From NCBI GenBank assembly GCA_013239625.1, contig MU054187.1, positions 23,996,433-24,060,432 of the forward strand: a DNA stretch of 64,000 bases, read 5' to 3'. Positions 27,253 to 40,825 of the stretch are shown here, piece after piece. The stretch's first letter is position 1, and each line of letters opens with the position of its first letter. The notes beneath the pieces are model-generated. The model was given only the letters and a program-made list of their open reading frames with translations. It did not search any database and was not told where the DNA came from. The translations under genes were made by a program, and so were the position numbers. This DNA comes from Lama guanicoe. Lineage: Eukaryota.

Positions 27253-30014
27253 ATCCCAAATCATTTCAGACTCAGGCTATGAACCAGACTCCACTTCAGT
27301 AGCTTTATGAACTTAGATATTACTTGCACGTAGGTCTCTTACAGAATTCTGGAGGCCATGAGGGATGGTGATATTCTCTAAACATTCACACCAATGTAAA
27401 CAGCACTTTAATAAAACACCTTTTAGAAGAGTCTTTTAAAAGGATTGGAAACATAGATCAGAAATAACTATGTCAGTCATTTCCATTCAAAAGTCAGAAA
27501 CCAGTTTATGTATATAAAGCAGGAAGACATTTAATGTTAGAATTTAAGTGTTTATGAAACTTCTGACATGACTTGAAGGGTGAAAGCCAAGGAAGACCAT
27601 CTGTGACTTCTAGAATCTCCAAATTAGGTGCTGCCTAGAAAACCCAGAAGTGACTATTGCTGTTGAGAAGTCAGGAAGTGGAATCCCTGTCGCTGCCTGG
27701 CAGCAACAAGGCAAGAGATTGGCAGGAGAAAAACTCGTATTTATTGCAGTCCACATATCCAATGCCACTGATAAACGAACAACATACCTCCTGCCTCCTT
27801 TCTGTCTTCCAATCTGAGAGGGTAGCTGCATCACTTGATGCAAGGATTACCCTTATTTCATGTTTCTGCATCCTCAAAACAGCCCTATAAAGTAGGTTTG
27901 AAATTGAGTCTTATCTCTGTCTATGAGAAGAGGGAAAAATTAAAAACATACTGGAGTTTATTTTCCTATGAGAACACAGTACATGTGCTACATCTTGGTT
28001 CCTGATTCTGTCTTGCTTTGTTTCAGACTTAGTTCTTTTTTCTTCTTTCTTTTTCTCATCTTTTCCATCCTCTCTTCTTCCTTTTCCTTTTCTTCCTTCA
28101 CCTTATTAGTATTTTGGCATTCTCAACATCCCCTGATCATGCTTTTGCACCTTTGGAAGACAGTTAAATCATCTTGTTCTGGCACTTTCCTTGGACATAG
28201 TACTTTGAGAACTTTTAAAGATGTATCTCATGTTATTGGCTTTTTCAAAATTATTCTATCATCTCACTTTTCTGAAATGATATATTATTTTAAAATGTCC
28301 ATTGTCTCAATTTCTTAAATGAGGAAGCAGTTTAAAAAAAATTAGGCTTCATGTCTCCAAACTAAAGTTTAATCTACAGAAGTTGTCACTTAATTATCCC
28401 AAAATGACTAGGAAATACCAGGAGATGAAGTTGAGAGTTGGGGTGCTTTTTCCAACCCGTTTTCCTCTGCCTCAAATGTAAGAGCCATCGCTCAAAATTT
28501 CTGTGAGGCACGTGGTATATGCTTTCTTTGTTCCCGGCATCCTTACGTGTTTCTCTTCTACACTGTTGTCACTTGGTCATTGTAGTGGGGGTTTGGTAGG
28601 GTAGAACACAGATCCCTAAACTGCTAACTTAACTATCTTACCTGGGAATGTCCTTGGAACATTTTGAAGACTACAGAACTTGGTTGCAAATAACTATCTG
28701 TTAAAATGCAACGAACACAGAAAGATATTCAGTTGAACTAAATGAGTTCTAAACTGGTAAAAATACATAACTCTTCTTGACAAGAGTTAAGAGTAAGCCC
28801 TCTCCTAAGCTGCCACTATGAATATCAATAGAAAAGAAATCAGTGGCAGGGGAGGCAGAGAGGGGCCTCTCTTGCCCTTTTCTGATCCTCCCCCCGTAAG
28901 CAAGATTTCTGTTCAGGCAACTGTTGGTTGCTACAGAGTATCTTTAGAACCCCCGTTCGCAAAGACTCTTCCCTTCAGTGTTTTCAGGCTGCAAGGAAAT
29001 AGGAACTCTGTTTCTCATTAAGAACCGGTTTAGGATGACTCTTCCCAGTGAACTGACATTGCCCCCCCCCCACCGGATCCCCAGTGACATTTCTCTGGTA
29101 CTAGCCATTTTCTTTTAATCGCTTTATAAAATGGCTGGAACTTTTCAGTTAGATTTTGAATTGCTTTAATTTGTGCCAAATCTGGTATACCACTTCTGGT
29201 AATAAATCTACTCGTGCATTTTGTGGTGCCTATCAACCTTAGTATCTAGGTGATCAGCCAGAAATATTGAAATAGAAAGTAAGTTAGGAAGTGGGAATCA
29301 CTCTACTGGAGCCTTGCTTACATAGCTCTATGTAGTATTATCCAGTTTTTGGAACCTTAGTTCACTTCATTTGAATGCATACTTTTTCCTAAAATTTATT
29401 TAATAAACTGTTCTAAATTTAGACTACTACAATTATTCTTGTAAAGGACAATTTATCTTCCCTAAAGATACCCCGGGTATTACAGAAACAAAATAATAAC
29501 TGTTTATCTACTTAGAGTGCTAAATTTGGTAATAAAAATAGCAACTTTGTTTAAGCTAGTCCATCGGATTCTTGTATTTGGGAGGGCTAATGGGACAGGA
29601 AAACAAAGTTGAGTTAATATCTGCTAAATAATGATGGCTCACATCTCCAAAATATGTAGAAAATATGTAGTAAGATGTATTTCAAAACTAAAGTTAATTT
29701 TCCTATGGGAAGTTGAATATTCTCTTTTAACTTGTTTCTCTATCTTCAAGCCCTCTTGGATATTGCATTACAAATTCCTCCAGAGCTTATACGAGAGCTA
29801 TTTCATGTAGTAAATTTTTTTTCTAATTTCTACTCTGGACAAAAATGAGATCAATAATTAAAGACACATATCTGCATCTATCATTTATGAGTTGCTTTCC
29901 TCATTCTATTCATTCATACAATTGAAACATGAGACATTTGGAAGAGATGAATACACATATACACAGTTTAAATTCTTTTCAGTTAAGCCTAAATATTTAA
30001 CTGTTCTTTAAAAA

Positions 30015-31505
30015 AAATTTCTTCCACTTTTATTGAGATATAATTGACATAGAACACTGTATTAGCTCAGGTGTACAGTAAAGGATTTGACTAACATAAA
30101 TCATGAAATGATTATCACAATAAATTTAGTTAATATACACCATCTTTTACAGATTAAAAATTAAAGAAATAGAAAAAATTTTTTCTTTATGATGAAACTC
30201 TTTAGATTTACTCTTTAGCAACTTTTATATATAACACACAGCAGTGTTATTTATATTTATCATGTAATACATTACACCCCTAGTACTTATTTATCTCATA
30301 ACTGGAGGTTTGCACCTTTTGACTACCTTTATCCAATTCCACTCCCCCACCCCCTGCCTTGGTAACTACAAATCTGATCTCTTTTCCTATGAGTTTATTT
30401 GTTTGTTTTTCTACTTCTTTTTGAAGTATAATTGACCTACAAAACTATGTTAGTTCTTGGTACACAGCCTAGTGATATTTCTATATATTTAAAAATGGAA
30501 GCTCTAATTTGAAAAGATATGTACACCCTAATGTTCATAGCAGCACTATTTACAATAGCCAAGACATGAAAACCACCTAAATATCCATCAACAGATGACT
30601 GGATAAAGAAGATGTGAGATATATATAAAAACTACTTAGCCATATTAAAGAATAAAATAATGCCATTTGCAGCAACATGAATGGACCTGGAGATAGTCAT
30701 ACTAAGCCAAAAAGAGAAAGATAACACCATATTTTATAACTTTATATGTAGAATCTAAAAAAAAAGATGCAAGTGAACTTATTTCCAAAAAAAAAAAAAT
30801 CAGACTCACAGATGTAGAAAACAGACATGGCTATCAGTGTGAGAAGGGGGTGGAAGGGATAAACTGTGAATTCGAGATTTGCAGATACTAACTACTATAT
30901 ATTAAATAGATAAACAACAAGTTGAGCACAAGGAGTTGTATTCACTATCTTGTAGTAGCCTACAGTGAAAAAGTAAATGAAAAGGAATATATGTATGTAC
31001 ATGTACGATGAAACATTACACTACACACCAGAAATTGACACATTGTAAACTAACTATATTTCAGTTACAAAATGATCACCATGATAAGTGATAAAAATCT
31101 CAATTTTTGGATGTTGAATTTTGTGAAAAGTTTTTTCTGCATCTATTAAGATGGTCATCTGACTTTTATTCTTTAATGTGTTAATGTGGTGTATCCTATT
31201 GATTTGAGGATACTGAAACATTTATTTCTGGGATAAATCCCACTTGATCATGGTGCATAATCCATTTACTATGTTGTTGAATTAGGTTTACCAGTATTTT
31301 GTTGAGAATATTTCATCTATGTTCATCACTGATACTTGCCTTTAATTCTATTTTCTGTGTGGTATCTTCTTCTGGTTTTGGTATTAGGGTGATGCTGGCC
31401 TCACAGAATGAGTTTAGAAACATTCCTGTCTCTGTCACTTTTTGGAGTAGTTTGAGAAAGATAAATGTTAACTCTTCTTTAAATGTTTGGTAGAATTCAC
31501 CTGTG
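30015..31505 (-). mobile_element. Older L1 (3' UTR 30015-31095, interrupted; ORF2 fragment ~31108-31505)
   Basis: Reverse L1 3' end (TTTTATTGAGATATAATTGACA) and reverse ORF2 RT-region sequence (GGATAAATCCCACTTGATCATGGTG...TAGAATTCACCTGTGAA). Host sequence resumes ATCACCATGATAAGT after the nested L1. Confidence 0.8.
30498..31068 (+). mobile_element. Younger 5'-truncated L1 nested in the older L1
   Basis: Same ORF2 end and 3' UTR type as 8430-9030 (ATGTTCATAGCAGCACTATTTACAATAGCCAAGACATG...CACACCAGAAATTGACACATTGTAA). Short TSD AAAATG at 30492-30497 and 31069-31074. Confidence 0.86.
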
Positions 31506-32384
31506 AAAGCATTTTTAATTTTTAATGGAATTAGATATATTTTTAGTGTACATGTTAATGGCCATGAAGTGTCACTAACATTTACACACTTTATATTATA
31601 TCCCTAAAACACAGTTCTATAATTAAAATGTCACTAAGGCCAATATAATTACAACATTCAAGTATATAATCAATCAAATATATTTTAAAGGAATATTATT
31701 TAATCATAGATGAAAAAATTAATATTTTGAATTAAGATATTAACACTTGAAATTATGCCAAGAAATAATCCTACATACTTCTTTTTTGATGTTACATTGA
31801 ATTAAATGACAAGGAAATTATGGCATGAGTAGGATCCAGGCACTCAGGTTTTACAATAATGAATGTGGAATGATTTTGTAACAGATTTATATCAGCTGCA
31901 TTTTACTGCAGCAATTTTGTCTCTAGTTTCTCCAAGGGAAACGTGTATTGTTTATGATTTGGCTGAAGATGAAACGGCTCCAGGGTTTAGCAGTGAGATA
32001 CAGAAACTTTCATCTCCGCAGGTTTAGTTCCAGCATGCTACGCTTCTGCCTAAGAGTCTGTATCACCTGTTGCTACGGCATATGTGCTAACATGAACTTA
32101 GAGAGTTGTTACCTACAATCAGATTTCATCTGTTGCCAGCTACATATTCATAAGTATTATCAGTGACCTTTCTGGTAAACTGTGCAAGGACATCATAATC
32201 AATTTATTCTATAGATGCTCTAGCCTTTTTATGGCCTAAAAGCCAGAGTTAACTAATCTGTCAGCCATTGTTGGTCCATTAGTCACTGTTGCCTATTCAC
32301 TGTTGGTCATTTGGTCCCTGGCTTAGCCATTAGTCTATTGCTATTATTATATTAATATATATTAGGTAATATTTATTAAGTAGC

Positions 32385-32570
32385 TCTATCAGTTGGTTTA
32401 CTTTATATGCATAAGATGATTTAATTATATCAAAAAACTTTGAAGTAGGGATTATAAGTTCCATTTTATGCATTGAGTAAATTGAAAGTGAGAGTTCATG
32501 CAGTTTTCCCACAGCCAAAGAGCTATGAGATGGTAGGCTTTGACAAGAGTGGTTTAACTCACTCCCTTTG
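32385..32570 (-). mobile_element. MIR SINE remnant
   Basis: Core-like CCATTTTATGCATTGAGTAAATTGA...TTCCCACAGCCAAAGAGCTA. Confidence 0.45.
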
Positions 32571-35049
32571 AATATTTCTTTGAATATTAATAAATTTGGA
32601 AAATGTCCAGAATTCAAGGTTATGATGTGTATACATTAGATTTACTTTCCTCCTCCCTACTCTCCAAAAAAGAAATAAAAAAGAAAAAAAATTTAGTAGC
32701 ACTTTCTTTTATCAAACATTTAAATAAAGCATATCCAAGTCACTTTTTTTTCACATTATCCCTAGGTTGTAGATGCTAGATGAGCACTATTAGGACAGTT
32801 ATTAGCAGTTTAAAGCTTTTATTTTAATTATATATATATAAACACACACACACACATATATCTGTGTATATATTTTTTTTCAAATACACTATTTTAAAAT
32901 TTAAATATATGTTAAACACAAAGCACACAGGCAACACACACATACATATTTATAATGTTAATCCTATGGCAATTTTCACTTTAAGAAGCTATAATAACAT
33001 TTAATGTGATAAACACACTGTAATAGCAATTTACTAAATGGTGTCTTAGTGACATGGATTAATACATGCTTAGAAAAGACATAGGCAGTAAACTCAGTGA
33101 GCAACACACACAGTAAGAATAAGAACTGAGTTCATAAGAAAAGTAAATCGAGTTTTGCTTTCTGCAGATGTTGTTTGCTATGTTACTTTGCATATTTCTT
33201 TTTGTGTCCCTCTCACAGCCATTACCAAACAGGAAATCCTGTGTGCTCAGTATGCGCAGAGAATATTATCTTAGAAACTAATTATAGTACTCTAACTGAC
33301 TTAATGAATTTTTTTGGAGGAACAAATACTCCATGAGTAATGTCCTAATGAAGATTTAGACAGTTACTCCCTTTTAAAAAGAAATCAATTAGTGCCAGTT
33401 ATTTTGTTCATTCATTTAACATATAATTGTAAAGTCCTGTTTTTTGCAAATGCTACTGTAAGAGAACGTATTAATAAGCAAATAGTAAAATGTATTTGCA
33501 TCTTTGTGTTTAAATTCTAATTGTCGGTAACAAGATGAATAAAATAAGTAAATAAGGAAGATAATTGGAAAGGAATAATTACTATAAAGGAAACAGACCT
33601 GCAATTTTTAGTATTTCTCATACAGATTCCTCTTATACTAATATGGTAAATCAAAACAAAAATTATGTGAGTGCAGAGAATCTCAAAATGCCTGGTAGAA
33701 TAATTCTCAATTTATCATAAGTAGCTGAGTACCTCTTTCCTGCAGCAGAGATAAAAAGAAGCTTTCTTGGAGCATTTATGGTAGTTTTCACACAACAAAC
33801 AAAATATATACCCAAGCACTTCTCTGTTCCCATTCTCAACCAATTTATAAATTTAGCTTTCATTTTCCTATTATGTTCTCAAATGTGTCAGATGAGCATA
33901 CTACATTGCATCAAAATGTATTATTCATGATTCCTGTTAAGAGGTACAATGTGTGAGAAAAAGAATCCTCAGTATTTGTAAGATTTGAATCTGATGCTGT
34001 AATTTACAGAATAAATGTAAGCTAATGCTATAGATGTTGAAGTTGTTGAATTGTTCATAAATGCACAAAAATAACTTAGGCCTGGTGTTAAGATTCATTA
34101 TTTTTTTGTATTGCATGTAATAAATTCTTTGTTGAAGAAAATATGCTGGAATCACCAAGAAAATTCAAGAATCAAAAACAGGAAATAAGAAAGCAGTATT
34201 TCTCAGGTTGATTTCATACCAATAAATCACTGTTGTTATCTTTACACACTAATAGTACACTTACTCAAAGTGGCAAACCTCTGACAGTCACTTTAATACA
34301 TCTTGAGGTTAGTGTCAAGTTGTATAACTTAGAACAAATTCCAGGTGGTGAATTCTGAGGCTCATGACTGGTGGGAAATGAATGACTGTATTTTTAGTAA
34401 ACCTTTTAATCCTATGGAGTCTATCTGACATGAGAGGGTAAACCATAGATCACTGTAGCAAATGTGATTTGTTTGGGGAAAGAAAAAAAACATTATTTAC
34501 AATATCCTTTGAGGGGAAAATTTTTCCCTGAGTCTCTATTTTATATGGTTTAAAAAATAATGTTAATGATTGTCATTTTAATTTATGTATAACCTCAGAA
34601 GGAAATGATTTTCACATGTGTTTTCTAGATTTATTATGCAATAAGATTTTCAATTGTTTTTAGCTACTGCATTTTATTCTAAACAGAGAACTTTCTATCA
34701 GAATTTTTGCAGCTTTAATCTCAAAACCCATCTGATATTCTTTCAAGTTTTTACAGAGTACTAACAGTTTAAAAATAACTTTAATTAAAAGAAAGAAGAT
34801 GCAATCCTGTACCTTCAATGAGCTTACAGACTAATAGAAAAATATTTACGATTATGTAATAACTATATTATAAGATACAATGTATTTGGCACAAGAAGTA
34901 TGGATACTAGTTAGGAGTAAGAGTGCTGAGATCAGAGTGCCTGAAAGCAGACCACCATGGTTCATGAGATAATGTGAAGATGTCTAGCTATACCAGTTGC
35001 TTCAATGGTACAGGAAAAAAAAAAAGAAAAAATATATTTTTGAACAAAT

Positions 35050-35870
35050 AATGGACAGATGCTTCAGATTTAATCAAAAGCAGTAAGTATAGATTGAAAG
35101 AGCTCAATGAAGCCCAAGTATGATTGATCAAAAGAAAATCACAATTAGGCACATCACAATCAAATTCCTGAAAACCAAAGAGAAAGGTTTAAGAGAAGCC
35201 AAAGGAAAAAGATATTACAATAAGATGAACAATGATGAAGATGAGTGTTGACTTCTCATTAAAGGCAATGCTAAAAAGAAGACAGTGGAATTACATATCT
35301 AAATTTTTTTTAAAGAATACTAAAAACTAGAATTTTATATTCATTAAAACCATCCTTCAAAATAAGTGCAACATAAAAAAAAAAGTTGTAGACAAGTGAA
35401 AGCTGAGAGACTTTATCATTAGCAGACCTGCTCTCAGAAAGTAACAGAGAAGTTTTTCAAGCTGAAGGAAATGACACCAGATGGAAGTTTCAGTCTACAG
35501 GAAGGAAGGAAAACCACCAGAAATATGATATGGGTAAATATAAAAAGCTAAATTTTTTCTCTGATCTTAACATCTTTAAAAGACAACTAATGATGAATCT
35601 CAATATATGTAAATTATACCTCAATAAAATTGACTTTTTAAAAAGAATACTTGAAGCTACAATAATAAAAATGTATTATGGTGTTCATGAAATAGATGTA
35701 AAATATTTAGCACACTAGCACAAAGATTGGGAGGAAAATAAATGGAAGTGCTTTACATTATATTTGAAGTGGTAAAATCTTAATTCTAAGATAAGTGCAA
35801 TGGGTTATGGATGCATATTGTAATCATGAGAGCAACTATTAATAATTTTTAAATAGATGTATAAATAAGG
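35050..35870 (+). mobile_element. Old L1M ORF1 and inter-ORF fragment
   Basis: Degenerate ORF1 motifs (AGGCACATCACAATCAAATTCCTGAAAACCAAAG; GACTTCTCATTAAAGGCAATG; ATTAGCAGACCTGC). Confidence 0.62.
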
Positions 35871-36729
35871 TTATTATATTCTGAGTAAAAGCACTTGAAG
35901 ATCAAATTTGAACTTTGGTTTCAATGTGTCCCTGAGAAAGCAGTATTGAGAAAACATTGCACTGAACACACTAACCCTTAGCTTAAATAAATTCTTCATA
36001 AGCTGTATGTTAACTGCAAGCCAGTAAAGAGAAGGGCAAGAATACACATGGTGCCTTTCCTGCAAATCTCTCTCACTCTTTGTCGTCTCTTGATCATTTC
36101 AGGTGTGTCTGGAGACCTCTGCTTGCAGGTGGGTCACCTAGAGCTGCATCAGCAGTTGCAGTCACCTTTCGGTTGTTTTCTGGCCCATCAGTCAGCTCAG
36201 TGCACCTGAAAGATGCTCAGGGAGTCTGTACCCAGTCAATGCTCAGTATGATCTGGTCCTGGGTTTACATGCTGACTGAAATGCTTGGGCAGTAATGAAC
36301 CCTCCTATTCTGTTAGCTTACAATCATATCATCCAGTTCTGATTGGTTGTACTCAAAGTCACTTCATACATTGCATGTACGTAAATTGTGTATCAGGTTT
36401 TGTAAATTGTGTATAATCTTGGGGTTACAGTGGACACATTTTGGACAAGGTAGCCACTTGTTTATCTCAGCACCAGCATAAAGGCTCTTATAAACAACTT
36501 AATGCTTAGCAGTATATGGACTTAACATGTTTACAACTTTAAGGCTTTTAGGGTAAAAAGTGCTTTTCACCTCTTTGGAGACATGTTTATGAGTGATTTG
36601 GGGAGAAGTATGTTCATAATCAAAAGAATATTTGTGTCAGGAAATTGTCTACAGTTTCAAGCACAATAAGGATATTTATCTTCACTCTTATAAGGAAGGA
36701 TGAGGCTTTTTTTTACATGAATTTGTTTC

Positions 36730-37310
36730 ACATATCACAGAGATAAAGCCAAAAGCTAATAGATAAAAATAATAAAAGGGCAATAGAAAATAGAAGTAAG
36801 AAAATAAACAGAAGTAAACAAAACCAACAATATCACTAGTTATATTAAATATAGAAATAGTAGATATTTGAATTAACAGGCAGAAAGTGTCAGACTATGT
36901 TAAAAAAATGTAGGTTCTAACTCTAAAGTTTATAAGAAAAGTACTTTTAAATATTAAGTAAGTGTATGGGGAATTATATGGAAAGTAAATATATGGAAAA
37001 ATATGTTATGCAAACTCAGATGGTAAGAAAGTTGGTATTCCTATCAGAAAAAGTATACTTTAAGGCAGGAAGACATATTTCAAAGCTACAAAATGGCCAA
37101 GGCCAATTACTCGAGAAGACACAGTAATTCAAAATACAAAATACAAAGAACTTAAAACCAGAGTGCCAAAATGCAAAAACTGACAGAACTAAAAAGAAAA
37201 AGAATGCATCAATGACTACATCTTGGGACTTTTAACATTTCTCACTAATTTATAGATATTGTAACCAAATGTATCAGCAATTATATAGAAAACTGCAACA
37301 ACACTGTGAA
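36730..37310 (+). mobile_element. Old L1M ORF2 endonuclease-region fragment
   Basis: A-rich sequence with degenerate EN motifs (ATGGAAAAATATGTTATGCAAAC...TATCAGAAAAAGTATACTTTAAG; GGGACTTTTAACATTTCTC). Confidence 0.5.
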
Positions 37311-38199
37311 TTACTATTTTGTTTCTTCCACTCAATTTACTGAGTGTATATTGAACCTGATAAATGTGTTAAGTTCTGAACTGCAATGACTGATGATTCA
37401 GATTCTTTTTAGGAGGCTCAAATTTTCAATCACAAGGCACAGGTGGAAACAGATAAATTGTAATTTAATTTGCTGTTGCATATTTCAATAATTTAAGCAC
37501 ATTTTAATGTGAGCTGGTGCATAAGTGTGAACAGTTAATTGTACAGCAGTTCATTCTCATTAAGGAAATTAGAGATTTTATTGGGGAGATGATATTCGAG
37601 TGGAGTTGAGTAGATATTTTTAAGGACAAGAGCAGTTAAAGGAGTAGGATGGGTTACTCCAGTCAAAAGCAAGAGCAGTTACAAACATGGAGTAGCAATG
37701 GGATTTGTAATGTTATGAAAATGCTGCACAAGAAGAGGAAGATGTTCCCAAATGAGGCTGTAATTTTAGACTGAGAATATTTTGCAGGTGCATGTATACC
37801 TAGATAAGTTATTATTTTAGCTTATTGGCCTAAAAATGCAGCAGAAAATTACAATGTCATCAGCATTTTTAGGATGACAAGCCTGGCCACAATAGAGGTC
37901 AGTCCTGAATCAAATTAGGCTGGATGTAAAGAGACGATTAAGAGACCATCACTTCTAATTTGGTGGTGAAATAACATGCTGGTTTGCTTCCATAAGCTAA
38001 AAGAAATGTCATTTGTTAACAATAAAGTACTGAAATTTATAAACTGTTTAGAAGAGATTCAAGGAAATCCTTATAATAAAAATCATCTTATTCACTTACA
38101 TTATAAAATATTTTTTCTTGAGTGGGAGCAAATGGATACTATTACAGTTAATAAAACAAACTTGTACATGAACTTTTGTACACCCATATGACTCTGGAA

Positions 38200-38462
38200 C
38201 ACACACAAATGTTGCCTAATATTTGTATGCCAGATCTAACCACTGGTGGTATCAACATACCCCCAGACGTCCAAGTCAGTAAGCTGAGCATTATTCTAGA
38301 CTCCTTTTCTCTCTTACTATCCACACAAGTCAAAATGACAAATGCTACTTCATTAATATCTCTTACATTCTCATATACTGCCTCTTTTTTTTAATTTTCA
38401 CTGCTTCTGCTTTTATTGTTTTCTTTATTATTTCTCATCTGAAATACTGCTGCTGTCTCCTG
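38200..38462 (+). mobile_element. Degenerate L2 fragment
   Basis: CATTATTCTAGACTCCTTTTCTCTC...ATTTCTCATCTGAAATACTGC resembles L2. A possible continuation lies at ~41037-41105, on the other side of the retrocopy. Confidence 0.45.
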
Positions 38463-40128
38463 TTGAATTTAGATTCAATTATCAGCAAACCTAAATTAAA
38501 TGTAGCCACAATCTTTAAAATGATTGTATAAAAAAAAGAGAAGTAGTTAAAGTTCTCAGAAACATACGTTACAATTACAGATATTATGTCTAATCAGGCT
38601 ATAGGAAATTGAATACCATAGTAAACATTACATTTAAACTAATTAGCAGTTTTGTTTTGCCATTAAAATTAATAACGGTGCTTCACATCCAAAATAGGTG
38701 TGGGGGGTTGATTATTTCCCATTTGAGAACATTAAGTGACTTCTTGCCTCTACTTTTCCATCTCGTGGATTTTCAGGGGTTCACAGAGCAGGTGGGAGCC
38801 CTCTTCTCACTTATAGAATTAACTCTGAAACAGCTCCAAATTAAATATAATCCTTGGCAGATTTTTAGCAGTCACAGTACAGAAGTATCAGGTTATCTCA
38901 CTGAATTTGTCAGTCCTCTAATCTAGTCTGCATATGGTTCTTAACCTGCCTCTTTGCTAGGAAAGATGAGAGAGGAAAACTCTCATCCACCACAACCAGA
39001 GGTCACAGAGAGCTGTGGGAAACACTGAAGTACAGAAGCCACGTTTCATCATCTGGTCTCACTGCCGATGTTTAAGTGATGACAGTGAGCTTTCACACAA
39101 GTAAACTGTAATTGAAATTTTTTTTCAAAAGATTGAAGATAGGCGCCATTCTTCCAGGCACAGACAGAATGGGTTCTCCTTACACCCTCTCCTGCAAACT
39201 CGGGGAGAAGAGATAGTTTCTTATCCTCTTAACAAGCCGTACTTGATTCCCTGCATCCCCTGGCCTAGGATCCATGCAGCGGGGGGCACAGTTAGCTCTG
39301 CGAAGTTCTAAACAGAGTGGGTAAATCAATGAAGGTATTATATAGTAGTGATCTTCTTAGCCTGCTTATGAAAACAACTTCATTATAAAGACATTTCAAA
39401 ATACTTATGCAGCAAGAGGACAAGAGACCTTTAACTAAGTACCAGTTAAAAATCAGAGACCTGAATGCACTGACTAAATTATTGCCTAATGTTCCAGAAA
39501 GGTGCCGCACCAACATGCTGGAAGGCACCAAAATTTAGTGTGAATGTAAAGAAAGGAGCTCAACATAAGGGGATGGGGCAAGCAATACTGAAACACAATT
39601 TGCCAGTCCTCCTCCTTTGTGGCTAAACATTAATTGAGCAAAGAATTAAGACCAGAAAAGAAGGGAATCTCAAATACTGCTCTTTTTGTTTCCATTTTAA
39701 AAAGCTCAAGTTTTATAGCTGTTATGGGTGATTCCTGGAAACTGTATTCTATTTTGTAAGAATTCTGTATTCACAAGGTGCTTGGTGCTGTTCTTCATGG
39801 ATGCGATGCTCTATTTACAGTCCGAATCATTTAAATCTAGCCGTCACATAGTTGTTGCGTATTTTAAAATAAATGGTTATCTACTTCTTAACTGCCTCTC
39901 GAATTAGAAATTGTAATTACATGAGTCTCAAAGGCTGGCTCTTTGTGTTTTATTAATTATTTTTGTTGGTCTCCATCACAGATGGAAGTTTTCACTGGTA
40001 ATTCCTCAGAACTAAATTCATTCATACGGAATTCAGAGCAGGGAAAATAAATTTCACGCCGTAGAGTAGGAAATGCTAACAACAACGAAAAGGAGCAGGA
40101 GGGACCTGGGGGCAGCCAGCAGGCCAGC

Positions 40129-40825
40129 TCACTGCCCCACTGGCGTCGGGTTTTGCAAAGGCTGGCTCATTATAACCTGTACAGCGTAGCCCTCTGGGAT
40201 CTTCAGCTCTTCCAACTTCATTTTGTCGGTGAGCGGTCGACCAGAGAAGAACCACCGCTGACCACTCGGTCCCACTCCTGCTGCTGCATGTAGCCGCCTC
40301 TTCACGTGGTTCCCTGTGTCTGTGCTGCGGGCCGTGAGTTTGAGGTCTTTGCCAGCGGAAAGGCGCAAGCGGAGCTGAGATTCACATCCAGAACTGGGCG
40401 GCGGCTCAGGTACCCGGTCTCTATGTCGCTCTTTTCCTCTATCATGTTGGTTGGTGGCGCCAAGCAGTGGGCTGGAAGCTAGTATCTATTCCCCGGTTCA
40501 TCATGGCACTCTGTAAGTGCACCGTGTGGTAACGTTATATTTGCACCATCAATGATTGCTTGTGCCAGTCCATGATCATTGCTCTCAAAAGCATGTGCTG
40601 CAGTCTTCAAGGCGTCCCAAATCTCTTTACGGCCTTCAAAAGCTGGTGCCGTATCCCAAAATTGGTCTCTCTTGCTGCGCAGCTGTCTATCTGCCATGGG
40701 ATAATCACTGTTCCATCTGGGTTTCTCCTCTTTCAAAGGCTGGTTACGACCTAAAGCAACTCCGGTGCCCTCCGAGTTCTCGCTGAGGCTGCCCGAGGAG
40801 TCGTGCTGGGCGCCCACCCGCCCAC
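40129..40825 (-). pseudogene. UBTD2: Processed pseudogene of ubiquitin domain-containing protein 2 (UBTD2 / DC-UbP), CDS-derived part
   Basis: Translates [27 protein letters not shown]...[19 protein letters not shown]...[20 protein letters not shown] and the UbL domain [13 protein letters not shown]...[22 protein letters not shown], with no introns. Lesions: ATG>GTG (40823-40825), ~4-nt deletion at ~40815, in-frame TAG 40479-40481, ~4-nt deletion at ~40411-40415. Terminal TGA at 40129-40131. Confidence 0.94.

Noticed and set aside
40129..40825. Intact UBTD2 gene or retrogene
   Set aside because: Lost ATG, two frameshifts and an in-frame stop.
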